Source: Nanobdellota archaeon
GTDB taxonomy: Archaea > Nanobdellota > Nanobdellia > Pacearchaeales > GW2011-AR1
Direction: 5' to 3'
Assembly: GCA_030688225.1 (NCBI GenBank)
Contig: JAUYIO010000021.1
Span: 12,080-76,079 of the forward strand
DNA: 64,000 nucleotides
Numbering within the stretch: the first letter of the stretch is position 1; every line of letters starts with the position of its first letter. The position numbers and the translations under genes are program-made. The notes beneath the pieces were generated by a model. It had not been told where the DNA came from. It saw only the letters and a program-made list of their open reading frames with translations, and made no database searches. Of this stretch, positions 18,590 to 28,192 are shown piece after piece.

Positions 18590-19855
18590 TTATTTTTTCC
18601 CTTTTTTATTCGCAAGAAGATTTTTTCTTATAACATAGTTTGAGGGATTTTTAATTAATTTGCAGAATTCGTCTGGAAAACAAACCCCTATTCCTTGATA
18701 AAATTCTTTACAGTTAGGAGGAAGAACTGGTTTTTTTCTGTAAGCCCATGAAAGCTGAGAAGTTATGTAACCTTGTTTAAGAGGTGGTTTGTTTTTTTTG
18801 TTCCATTCTTCAATTATTTTTTCAAGTTCAACTTTGTCCATTCCAACAGAGCGAAACAAATTTATCAAAACGAATAATGCTCTTTTTCTTCCGTCGGCAA
18901 TTCCTTTTAAAATTAATTTAATGCAAGGAGGGTAATTTTCTTCTGTCAGATTTTTCAATTCAATTGGTTTAAAAGTTGCAAATTTTCCCTCTATTTTTTC
19001 TTTTCCAGGGGTGTTTTCTTTGTACCAATCCAATGCCTGAGTTAAAAGCTCTTTTGCTTCTCCTTCTTCTGAATCAGGAAGGAAATTTTTTATCTTGACT
19101 TTCATAGGGTCTGCATCCTTTGGTTGGAAACTTGAAATTTTATTTGCGTCAATAACAGCACTTGCTAAAGATGTTTTTTCGTGAAGAGAATAAGGCATTC
19201 TGAACAAATGTCTTGGAGAAACTAATATTATATCTGGCATGACTTCTTTTGGAGCCTGAAAATCTTTTACATATTTATTTGGTTTAGAAAGTTCTGAAAT
19301 TTTTTTTATTAATTTTTCTTTTGTTTTTTCTATTATGTATTTTGTAATTATTCTAGGGTATTCTGGGAACATATCTGAGGTTCTCACCTGATTTATCTGC
19401 TTCGGAAAAGACTTCCAAGGAATTATTATGTGAAACCCCTTGCTTCCTGAGAATTTTATTCCTATGTTTTTTATCCCATGGAATTTCAGAAAATCAATTA
19501 TTATCTCTGCAGAGATTTTACTATAATCAATATATTTACTATCAATATCAATTAACAAATCCCATCCTTCACGAAGTTCGTTTAATTTATTTTCATTCAT
19601 CCCTGTTTGTATGTTCAAAGGATCAGTCCAAAGTTCTTCAGAGCAATGAAAAGATGTTGCCCCTTTTTTTGTTAATTCAAAAATGTCCCCCTGATATTGC
19701 AGAATGTCAGGGCGCTTTCCAAATCCTTCAAAATATCTTGGAACAACTTCACGAGATTTAGAAAAATCAAATATTGCCTTTTGAATGTCTTTTCTTGAAT
19801 AATATAATTGGGTGAGATTTCTGATTCTCTTTTCTTTAAAGGAAGACTCTTCCAT
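18590..19855 (-). CDS. fused DNA primase PriS-PriL
   Basis: WDLLIDID and KFSGSKGFH (PriS) plus PPCI...DGRKR...PPNC...C...C...KNP (PriL Fe-S C-domain). Confidence 0.9.
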   Translation of the reverse strand: MEESSFKEKRIRNLTQLYYSRKDIQKAIFDFSKSREVVPRYFEGFGKRPDILQYQGDIFELTKKGATSFHCSEELWTDPLNIQTGMNENKLNELREGWDLLIDIDSKYIDYSKISAEIIIDFLKFHGIKNIGIKFSGSKGFHIIIPWKSFPKQINQVRTSDMFPEYPRIITKYIIEKTKEKLIKKISELSKPNKYVKDFQAPKEVMPDIILVSPRHLFRMPYSLHEKTSLASAVIDANKISSFQPKDADPMKVKIKNFLPDSEEGEAKELLTQALDWYKENTPGKEKIEGKFATFKPIELKNLTEENYPPCIKLILKGIADGRKRALFVLINLFRSVGMDKVELEKIIEEWNKKNKPPLKQGYITSQLSWAYRKKPVLPPNCKEFYQGIGVCFPDEFCKLIKNPSNYVIRKNLLANKKGKK

Positions 19856-19939
19856 AAAATAGAATAATGGAGAAGCTTTAAATAAATACCCCCTTTTCAT
19901 AACAATAATGCTTAAAAAATAGGCAGGACTTTTTAAAAG

Positions 19940-20665
19940 ATGTTACTTAAATTGGAAAACCCGAGCCTGCTTTCAAGAGTTATAGAAATTGTTTCTGAAC
20001 TTGTCACAGAAGTTAGAATAAAGGTAAATGAGACTGGGATGAGTATTGTTGCGATGGATCCTGCAAATGTTTCAATGGTTGGATTCAAACTTCCGAAGAG
20101 TTCTTTCTCACAATTTGAATCAGACAAAGAAGTTCTTGGAATTAATCTTGACAGTTTAAAAAGAATTTTAAAAAGATGCGGAAACAGTAGCTCTCTTATC
20201 TTGGAAAGAAAAGAAAATTTATTATCAATTCAAATTCTTGACAGAATAACAAGGAATTTTAAATTAAGCCTTATAGATATAGAAAGCGAAGACAAAGAAA
20301 TGCCAAGCCTTGAATTCAGTTCTAAGATTGAAATAAATTCAATAGATTTGATTGATTCAATTGAAGATTGTGCAGTTGTTTCTGACGCATGTTCATTTAT
20401 TGTAAGAGATGGAAAATTTATTATTGAGGCGAAAGGACTTAATGCTGCGAGTTCTGAATTTAGCGGAGATGAGGTCAAGATTATTGCTGAAAATTGCAAA
20501 TCAAAATACAGTCTTGAATATCTGCAAAAGTTTATCAAAGGCGCAAAATTATGCGACAAAACAATTCTGAATTTTGCAAATGACCATCCTTTGAAGATGG
20601 AGTTGAAAACAGAAAACATGGAATTGGATTTTATTCTTGCTCCAAGGGTTGAAACCGAAGATTGA
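19940..20665 (+). CDS. pcn: PCNA sliding clamp
   Basis: AMDPANVSMV, SKYSLEYL, FILAPRVE. Confidence 0.96.
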   Translation: MLLKLENPSLLSRVIEIVSELVTEVRIKVNETGMSIVAMDPANVSMVGFKLPKSSFSQFESDKEVLGINLDSLKRILKRCGNSSSLILERKENLLSIQILDRITRNFKLSLIDIESEDKEMPSLEFSSKIEINSIDLIDSIEDCAVVSDACSFIVRDGKFIIEAKGLNAASSEFSGDEVKIIAENCKSKYSLEYLQKFIKGAKLCDKTILNFANDHPLKMELKTENMELDFILAPRVETED

Positions 20666-20720
20666 GTAAATAATAAATTTAAATAAAAGAATTTTTAAAC
20701 GAGAATTACTTTAGATTCAT

Positions 20721-21497
20721 ATGCAAATAAAAGAGGATAAGAATGGGCAAGTTACAATTTTTATTATTGTTGCAGTCGTGATTATTGCGATAGGTGTTGC
20801 GGCATATTTTGTTTATCCGAAAGTCAAAACTACTGAAACTTTTGATTCAAAAAATCCTTCTGCATTTATTCAAAGTTGCTTGGAAAGTGAATTGAGGAAT
20901 AATGTTGAATTAATTTCTTCTCAAGGAGGGAGTTTAAATCCAGGAAATTATATTTTATATGATAATTCAAAAGTTGAATATTTATGTTATACAAATCAAG
21001 ATTATCAAACCTGCGTCATGCAACAGCCTTTATTAAAAGAACATATTGAATCTGAAATTAAGAACAGTATAGAAGTTTCTGCAAAAGATTGCTTCACATC
21101 TTTAGTGAATAGTTATGAAAAAATTGGGGAGAATGTTAATTTGGAAGAAGGAAATACTGATGTTGAGCTGATTCCTAAAAAAATTATCGTGACTTTCAAC
21201 AAAGTTTTAACCTTGACCGATGGAAACTCAGAAAGATATGAAAACTTTAAGATTAATCTTGATAATAATCTTTATGAATTGGTGAGTATTACAGATAGCA
21301 TCTTGGAATGGGAGGCACGTTATGGCGACGCTGATTCAAGTGGTTATATGGATTATTATCATTGGCTAAAAGTTGAAAAAGAAAAAAGAGATGATGGAAG
21401 CAAAATTTATATCTTAACAGATAAAGATAAAGGAAATAAATTTCAATTTGCTTCCAGAAGTATTGTGTGGCCTTCTGGGTATGGAGAGGTTATATAA
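20721..21497 (+). CDS. class III signal peptide protein
   Basis: KNG/QVTIFIIVAVVII. Confidence 0.75.
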   Translation: MQIKEDKNGQVTIFIIVAVVIIAIGVAAYFVYPKVKTTETFDSKNPSAFIQSCLESELRNNVELISSQGGSLNPGNYILYDNSKVEYLCYTNQDYQTCVMQQPLLKEHIESEIKNSIEVSAKDCFTSLVNSYEKIGENVNLEEGNTDVELIPKKIIVTFNKVLTLTDGNSERYENFKINLDNNLYELVSITDSILEWEARYGDADSSGYMDYYHWLKVEKEKRDDGSKIYILTDKDKGNKFQFASRSIVWPSGYGEVI

Positions 21498-21500
21498 AAA

Positions 21501-23021
21501 ATGGGTAAAAAAATTTTAATTCTGGCAATTGGAATGTTTTTAATATTTAGCAGTTTTGTTTTTTTAATTCAAAATGTTTCTGCTGCAAGTTTATATTGCT
21601 GTGAAAAAACTTTAAGTGGTGCGTGGTGTCAAAACGCTCCAAAAGATCAGTGCGATACTGACAACGGGCTTAATGTTGCTGCGACTTCATGCGATGCAAC
21701 TTCTTTTTGTAAACTTGGAACATGCATAGATAATCAAGGGGCATGTAAGATAAATACTGCTCAAACAACATGCAGGCAAAATGGAGGCTACTGGGCAGAA
21801 GGAAAACCAGAAAATATCCCTCAATGTCAGAAAGGATGTTGTCTTGTAGAAGGACAAGGGCCTTCTTTCATTGAACAAGCAAGATGCACGAGTTATTCTT
21901 CTCTGTATGGCGCTCAAATAGAATTTAGAGGAGATATTAAAAATTCAGAGTTGTGCTCTGCAAGTGCGACGTCAAACGTAAAAGGAGCATGTGTGTTGGA
22001 AGAAGAACTTGGTAAAAGAAATTGTAAATTCTTGACACAGAGAGAATGTGTAAATGCAAAAGGGAGTTTTAATGAAAATGTTTTATGTACTGCAACATGG
22101 TTAAATACTTCTTGTGTAAAGACAAAAGAAACAACTTGCTTTGATGAGAAAGTTTATTTTAAAGATAATTGTGGAAATTTAGCAAATATTTATGATGCTT
22201 CAAAATACGACGACCAAGATTATTGGAACATTGTAATTGCTCCTGAAAATAGTTGTGGTTTTGACGATTTAAGTGGAAATGCAAATTCTCCAAGCTGCGG
22301 AAATTGTGATTATCATTCTGGAAGTGCCTGTAAAATGGCTGTAAGGGGGCAAGACGCAACTCCTACAATTGGGAACAATATTTGTAGAGATTTATCTTGC
22401 AAGTACGAAGGAGAAACTTATCAGCAAGGAGAAAAATGGTGTGTAACAAATACCGAGAACTCTAATCTTCAGAATAATCCTGGTGGCGAGAGTTGGGTTT
22501 TAGAGTGTAGGGATGGGGAAGTTCTTCCAGAATTGTGTGGTGATGGGCCAGGAGCCAGAGACAAAATATGCGTTCAGGAAGAATTATCAAACGGATTCAA
22601 AAGTGCAAACTGTGTTGCAAATAATTGGCAGGAATGCGTTTTTCAAGACAATGAAGAAGATTGTTTGATTGAAGAGTTAGATTGTAAATGGATTAAAGAT
22701 TATAGTTTTGGAGAGTATAATCCAAACAATGAAGGAGTTTGCGTTCCAAGATATTCTCCAGGATTTACTTTTTGGAACCCCGAAGAAAAAACTAGAGATA
22801 TTTGTTCTCAGGGAACTGTTACATGTTCTGTAACTTATGAAAAAGGATTAGGTGGAAAATGGGAAGCTAAAACAAATGCAGAATGTGATCCTTCTAATCA
22901 GAATTATCAAAGTTGGCTAAATAAAATGGAAGGCGTTTGTGTGGCTCTCGGAGATTGTGGAAGCAGTGTCAACTATAGAGGACAAAAAGGTTTCAACGAA
23001 TTAAAAGCGACAAAAGTATAA
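21501..23021 (+). CDS. very Cys-rich secreted protein
   Basis: Signal peptide ending VSA; repeated GxC/CC motifs along 506 aa. Confidence 0.75.
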   Translation: MGKKILILAIGMFLIFSSFVFLIQNVSAASLYCCEKTLSGAWCQNAPKDQCDTDNGLNVAATSCDATSFCKLGTCIDNQGACKINTAQTTCRQNGGYWAEGKPENIPQCQKGCCLVEGQGPSFIEQARCTSYSSLYGAQIEFRGDIKNSELCSASATSNVKGACVLEEELGKRNCKFLTQRECVNAKGSFNENVLCTATWLNTSCVKTKETTCFDEKVYFKDNCGNLANIYDASKYDDQDYWNIVIAPENSCGFDDLSGNANSPSCGNCDYHSGSACKMAVRGQDATPTIGNNICRDLSCKYEGETYQQGEKWCVTNTENSNLQNNPGGESWVLECRDGEVLPELCGDGPGARDKICVQEELSNGFKSANCVANNWQECVFQDNEEDCLIEELDCKWIKDYSFGEYNPNNEGVCVPRYSPGFTFWNPEEKTRDICSQGTVTCSVTYEKGLGGKWEAKTNAECDPSNQNYQSWLNKMEGVCVALGDCGSSVNYRGQKGFNELKATKV

Positions 23022-23022
23022 A

Positions 23023-25065
23023 ATGAATACATCAGGAAAAATTGCGTTTTTTGAGATTTTTATTTTATTAATTGGGATTGTGGGGATTTCTTGGAGTATT
23101 GGAAGTGAGATAAAGGTTGTTAAGGGGGAGGATTTTTTTGTTTTTAATCAATTCACAGGAAAAGTAGAAAATCTTGGTTCTTCTTCTAATCCTATCCCTG
23201 CTACAGCTAAATCTCCTTTTTCACTTTGGGGGAAGATTAAAGATTTATTTGGATTTGGCGGGGAAGAGACAGCTAAAGCTGTAACTGGAAAGATGGCTTC
23301 TGTTTGGAAATCTGCAGAAACTATTGGAAGAAATGCAGGGATTGCTTATGGGGTTTATTATGGTTTAAAATTAGGGCTTGATGCTTTCGGAGTTGGAGAA
23401 GGAACTGCTGAAGCAACTGCAATAGCTGGAAGAAATGCTTATTTTATTGGCAAAACAACTTATGATTTGTTATCAACAGGAACAGGAAAAGCTTTGTTAT
23501 CAAAAATTGGATTACATGTTAGTGCAGGAACTGTTGCACTCCCTGTTAGCATAATTGTTTTTTACATTTCATACAAAGAAAAGAAAACAGCTACAATTAC
23601 TTTTGAATGTAAACCGTGGCAAGCAGCGACAGGAGGAAATAAATGTGAAGAATGTAATGAACAACTCCTTGGATGCAACGAATATCAGTGTAAGAGTTTA
23701 GGTAGATCATGCGAATTAATCAATAAAGGAACTGACAGAGAAATGTGTGCTGATTCAAATAAAAATGATGTAAGTCCCCCAGTGATAGAAATTTCTGAAG
23801 GTTATCTATTAGAAGATTATGAATATACTTCTCCTACTTCAACAGGAGTTAAAATTGAATATACTAAATCCAGCGACGGGTGCATTCCTTTCTTCAGACC
23901 ATTTAGTTTTGGATTTACCACAGATGAGCCTGCATATTGTAAAATAGATTATCAAAGAAAAGAAAATTTTGAAGAGATGGGATATGATTTTGGGGGAACA
24001 AATAATCTAGAGTATAATCACACACATACTTTGGGTTTGCCCGGAAAAGTTTCTTATGAAGCAGAAAACATTACTCTCCCTGATGGATTTGGGAATTATA
24101 ATCTGTATGTAAGATGCCAAGATGCAAAACCAAATACGAATTCTGCAGATTTTGTTTTCAAATTCTGCATTGATAATGGTCCTGATATCTACAAGCCAGA
24201 GATTAAGGGAACAAGTATACAAGATGGGATGCCTGTCGGTTTCGGTGTACAAAAAACATCATTAAATCTATATACAAATGAACCTGCGAGTTGCAAATGG
24301 AGTACAAGAGATCAAGCATATGAAAATATGGAGCATGAGATGGAATGTCCTACTAGTATTAGTGAAATCAACACACAAATGACCTATACTTGCGAAACAG
24401 AATTGGTTGATTTAAAAGACAAGGAAGACAGCGTGTTTTATTTCAGATGCCAAGATATTTCTCCTGCAAAAAATACAATGGAAATTTCCCATAGATTAAC
24501 ATTAAAAGGAAGTCAGCCGCTTGTAATTGATTCTGTCGGACCAGAAGGGACAATTAAAGATTCAACAGAATTTGTGAGAGTTAGTTTAACTGCAAAAACA
24601 TCTGCAGGATTTAATGAAGGTAATTCAAAATGTTCTTACAGCGAAGATGGTGAAAAATATGTTGAATTTTTTGAAACAGGTTCTCACACACATTCCCAGG
24701 ATTTGGTTTTGACAAAAGGAATTTACAAATACTTTATACAATGTACTGATTTAGCAGGAAATTCTGAAACAAAAACAATCGCATTTGAAGTTGAATCTGA
24801 TCCTTATGCTCCAAGCATTGTGAGAGTTTACAAAGACGGAAGCAATTTGAAATTGATAACTGATGAAGAAGCAGAATGTGTTTATACTACTTTTGGTTGC
24901 AGTTATTCTTTTGCAGATGGAACAACCATAACAACTAGCGACGGTAAAAATCACTTTACTTCATGGAATCCTAAAGCAAATTTCTATATTAAATGTAAAG
25001 ACACTTATGGAAATGAACCTTTCCCAAATGAATGCAGCATAACTGTCAAACCATTGAAGATTTAA
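23023..25065 (+). CDS. secreted/membrane protein with a Gly/Ala-rich hydrophobic region and repeated Ig-like modules
   Basis: Repeats TDEPAYC/TNEPASC/TDEEAEC ... Y.RCQD/YFRCQD/QCTD/KCKD. Confidence 0.7.
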   Translation: MNTSGKIAFFEIFILLIGIVGISWSIGSEIKVVKGEDFFVFNQFTGKVENLGSSSNPIPATAKSPFSLWGKIKDLFGFGGEETAKAVTGKMASVWKSAETIGRNAGIAYGVYYGLKLGLDAFGVGEGTAEATAIAGRNAYFIGKTTYDLLSTGTGKALLSKIGLHVSAGTVALPVSIIVFYISYKEKKTATITFECKPWQAATGGNKCEECNEQLLGCNEYQCKSLGRSCELINKGTDREMCADSNKNDVSPPVIEISEGYLLEDYEYTSPTSTGVKIEYTKSSDGCIPFFRPFSFGFTTDEPAYCKIDYQRKENFEEMGYDFGGTNNLEYNHTHTLGLPGKVSYEAENITLPDGFGNYNLYVRCQDAKPNTNSADFVFKFCIDNGPDIYKPEIKGTSIQDGMPVGFGVQKTSLNLYTNEPASCKWSTRDQAYENMEHEMECPTSISEINTQMTYTCETELVDLKDKEDSVFYFRCQDISPAKNTMEISHRLTLKGSQPLVIDSVGPEGTIKDSTEFVRVSLTAKTSAGFNEGNSKCSYSEDGEKYVEFFETGSHTHSQDLVLTKGIYKYFIQCTDLAGNSETKTIAFEVESDPYAPSIVRVYKDGSNLKLITDEEAECVYTTFGCSYSFADGTTITTSDGKNHFTSWNPKANFYIKCKDTYGNEPFPNECSITVKPLKI

Positions 25066-25100
25066 AAAAACTTTATTAAGGATATTTCTTTTATTATCTC

Positions 25101-25511
25101 ATGAAGAAAAGAGGTGCATTAAATTTGTCTTTTGGAATGATTTTTTCAATTTTCCTGATAATCTTTTTCCTGGGGTTTGCATTTTATATCATTCCGAAAT
25201 TTCTTGGATTCCAAGATGATGCGAAAATAGGAAGCTTTGTTAATGATTTTCAAAATGACGTGAATAAAATGTGGAAATCAACAAAAGGTTCCCAAGTTGT
25301 TGAATATAGCTTGCCAAAAAAAGTATCAGAAATTTGTTTTGATGAAAAATCAAGAATTTATTTCAACCCATTTGGAAGCGGAGGAAATTTTGATTATTCT
25401 GAAACAGAACACTTGGATGTGCAATCTGATTCCTGTTTTGAAGTTGTTGATGGAAAAATAAGTATGACAATTAAAAAGGATTTTGGAGAGGTTTTGGTGA
25501 GGGTTGAATGA
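25101..25511 (+). CDS. class III signal peptide protein
   Basis: MKKRG/ALNLSFGMIFSIFLII. Confidence 0.75.
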   Translation: MKKRGALNLSFGMIFSIFLIIFFLGFAFYIIPKFLGFQDDAKIGSFVNDFQNDVNKMWKSTKGSQVVEYSLPKKVSEICFDEKSRIYFNPFGSGGNFDYSETEHLDVQSDSCFEVVDGKISMTIKKDFGEVLVRVE

Positions 25512-25530
25512 AAATTAGAAAAGTTGTAAA

Positions 25531-26448
25531 ATGAAAAAGAAAGGTGCTTTACAAATTTCATTTGCATGGATATTTGCACTAATTGTTGGAGTGTTTATTT
25601 TATTTCTTGCGATTTATGCAGTTACAAAATTCATAGGAAACGAGCAAGAAATTAGCGACGCTGAAATTGCAAAACAGATAACTGTTTTGATTAACCCTCT
25701 TGAAACAGGATTTGAAAGTGGGAAAGTTACTTCATTAATTCTGCCGGTAGAAACAAGAATATATAACCGGTGTGATAGCATTGGTTCTTTCGGAACACAA
25801 TCCATTAAAATTGCTCAAAAAAGTTTTGGAAAATGGACAGATACAAACACAGATATTGAATCACTCAACAAATATATTTTCTCAGAAGAATATGCAGAAG
25901 GAAAAAAACTCTATTTATTCTCAAAACCATTTGAATTTCCCTTTAAAGTTTCTGATTTGATTTATTTAACTTCTTCTGAAAAAGAATACTGTTTTGTAAA
26001 TCCTCCAAAAGATGTAAAAGATGAACTTTCTGAGTTGAATCAAGAAAATTTAATCTTTGAATGCTCTTCAAACAGCATTAAGATTTGTTTTGAAGAAAAA
26101 ACAGGATGCGATATAATTGTGAATAAAAATGCAAAATATGTTGAGAAAGATAATACAAAAATTTATTTTGAAGGAGATGCTTTGATGTATGCAGGAATTT
26201 TCTCTGACAAAGATATCTATGAGTGTCAAGTGAAAAGGTTAATGCAAAAAGTTGGGAATCTTGTGGATATTTATCAAGAAAAAGAAATACTTGTCTCAGG
26301 AATTTGTGATGCAGAATTATATGAAGAATTATCTCAACTGAAAAGTTTAGTAGTGGAGTTAAACAATTCTGATGAAATTTATAAGATAAATAATTTGGCT
26401 GAAGATATTCAAAATAAAAATGAAAGGGGTACTTGTGCATTATGGTGA
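25531..26448 (+). CDS. class III signal peptide protein
   Basis: MKKKG/ALQISFAWIFALIVG. Confidence 0.75.
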   Translation: MKKKGALQISFAWIFALIVGVFILFLAIYAVTKFIGNEQEISDAEIAKQITVLINPLETGFESGKVTSLILPVETRIYNRCDSIGSFGTQSIKIAQKSFGKWTDTNTDIESLNKYIFSEEYAEGKKLYLFSKPFEFPFKVSDLIYLTSSEKEYCFVNPPKDVKDELSELNQENLIFECSSNSIKICFEEKTGCDIIVNKNAKYVEKDNTKIYFEGDALMYAGIFSDKDIYECQVKRLMQKVGNLVDIYQEKEILVSGICDAELYEELSQLKSLVVELNNSDEIYKINNLAEDIQNKNERGTCALW

Positions 26449-26455
26449 AGAAAAA

Positions 26456-26968
26456 ATGAAAAAGGCTCAGATGAAAATTCAACAAATGGCATTTGTATTA
26501 ATTGCAATTACTTTGTTTTTCGTATTGACAGGAATTTTTGTTTTTGCTTTTAAATTTTCAGGATTAAAACAATCTGCAACAGATTTGGAAGAAGAAAATG
26601 CATTCTTACTTTCAACAAAACTAATGAATTCTCCTGAATTCTCTTGTGGAGAATCTTTTGGAGATACAAGAATAAATTGCGTTGACGAAGACAAGTTAAT
26701 GGCTCTCAAAGAAAACACTGCTTATACTAATTCAAATTTTTGGGGGGCCTCAAACATAGAAGTCAGAAAGATTTATCCTGAAGAATCAGAAAAAGTTTGT
26801 AATTCTGAAAACTATCCTGACTGTAACACTATAAAAATTTATAATCAAGAAGTAAGTGGTTTTGATGTTTCTAATTTTGTATCTTTATGCAGAAAAGCTT
26901 TATCGGATGGGAAAGTATATACTAAATGCGAACTTGCTAAAATAATAGTAAGTTATGAGAAAAAATGA
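26456..26968 (+). CDS. class III signal peptide protein
   Basis: MKKA/QMKIQQMAFVLIA; start at ATG 26456. Confidence 0.75.
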   Translation: MKKAQMKIQQMAFVLIAITLFFVLTGIFVFAFKFSGLKQSATDLEEENAFLLSTKLMNSPEFSCGESFGDTRINCVDEDKLMALKENTAYTNSNFWGASNIEVRKIYPEESEKVCNSENYPDCNTIKIYNQEVSGFDVSNFVSLCRKALSDGKVYTKCELAKIIVSYEKK

Positions 26969-27459
26969 CGAATAAAATCAGAAAAATAAAAAAGGCACAA
27001 GAAGAGATGGTGGGATTTGCAATAATCATAATTTTGGTTTCAATAATTCTTGTTGTTTTTTTGGGGTTGAGTTTAGGAAACAAAAACGAAATAACAACAG
27101 AGAGTTACGAAACAAATAGTTTTGTTCATTCAACACTTCAATATACTACTGGATGCAGTGATAGTTATGAATATCTCTCAATTCAAAAATTAATTATCGC
27201 GTGCTCAAATAATGAAATTTGCTCAGAGGGAAATAATTCTTGTGAAATTCTTGAGAATAATTTGGGAGAGATTCTTGAAGCAAGTTGGAATGTGGGAGAA
27301 GGGAGTAAAAATAAAGGATATTCATTAAACATAAGTTCTGATGATGGAGAAATCTTCTTTGAAAAAGAAGGAAATGAAACATTGAACTCAAGAGCAGGGT
27401 TCCAGGCTTTCTCAAGAGAAGGAAATGACTTTGAAGTTTTCTTCACTATTTACTCTTAA
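26965..27459 (+). CDS. class III signal peptide protein
   Basis: KKA/QEEMVGFAIIIILV. Confidence 0.75.
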   Translation: MTNKIRKIKKAQEEMVGFAIIIILVSIILVVFLGLSLGNKNEITTESYETNSFVHSTLQYTTGCSDSYEYLSIQKLIIACSNNEICSEGNNSCEILENNLGEILEASWNVGEGSKNKGYSLNISSDDGEIFFEKEGNETLNSRAGFQAFSREGNDFEVFFTIYS

Positions 27460-27809
27460 AATTTTAGATTTATTGAAATAGTGTCAGAAGTTAGTTTTGG
27501 TTTGTGTCTGATTCTATTTTTAGTAGTTTCTTCTGTTATTTCCACAAACCCAAATCTTTTTAGAAGTTTAATGTCATCTTGCACAGATTTAAATCCTCTT
27601 CCAAGTTTTTTTGCAAGATCATAAATTGATTGGGGATTCTCATGTTTGATTACATGCAAAATTCTTGCTTTCTCATTGCTCAATAATTGTCTTAATAATT
27701 GTATTCCTGAAAAATCATAGTCTTCTTTACTGGATTTTGATTTTTTAAATATGTTAAAGGCTCCTTTTGATTCAGTAATTGTTATCTCTCTTATTTTTGT
27801 TGTCGGCAT
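27456..27809 (-). CDS. winged-HTH transcriptional regulator
   Basis: PQSIYDLAKKLGRGFKSVQDDIKLLKRFGFV. Confidence 0.85.
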   Translation of the reverse strand: MPTTKIREITITESKGAFNIFKKSKSSKEDYDFSGIQLLRQLLSNEKARILHVIKHENPQSIYDLAKKLGRGFKSVQDDIKLLKRFGFVEITEETTKNRIRHKPKLTSDTISINLKF

Positions 27810-27828
27810 CGGTGTTTTAATCTAAAAA

Positions 27829-27856
27829 ATATGTAAAAAGTATATTTTTTACATAT
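27829..27856. promoter_or_regulatory. palindromic operator candidate
   Basis: ATATGTAAAAA-gtatat-TTTTTACATAT: perfect 11-bp inverted repeat about 20 bp upstream of the HTH gene. Confidence 0.55.
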
Positions 27857-28035
27857 CTGTTTTTATTTATAATATATTATATTTTAAAACATCTATCTTA
27901 ATAAATGTTTGTTTTTTAATAAAAAATAAAGTAGTTGTAATATGTATTAATAATATAGTGACAGCATAATCTTTATAAATAAAACCTATAAAATAAGGGT
28001 TTTTATGTGTGAAAAAGGAAAAATAGGGGAGAAGC

Positions 28036-28192
28036 TTTTTAAAGAAACTCTGATTCAGTATTATACACCTTACGGTGTTCTATAGGGGATAAACCTAGAG
28101 ATATTTTAAGGAAATAGTGTTCCCTATCGCTATTGACTTAAGATAAGTTGTCATAGACAACAATAATATAGGTGAAAGGAGGTATAAAAGAG
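28036..28192 (+). promoter_or_regulatory. S-layer gene promoter, structured 5' leader and SD
   Basis: TTTTTAAA box near 28036; hairpins at 28065-28078, 28079-28101 and 28148-28160; GGAGGT SD at 28178-28183. Confidence 0.55.

Noticed and set aside
27810-28035. Possible replication origin in the AT-rich spacer
   Set aside because: No ORB-like motif and no adjacent cdc6/orc1; better explained as divergent promoters
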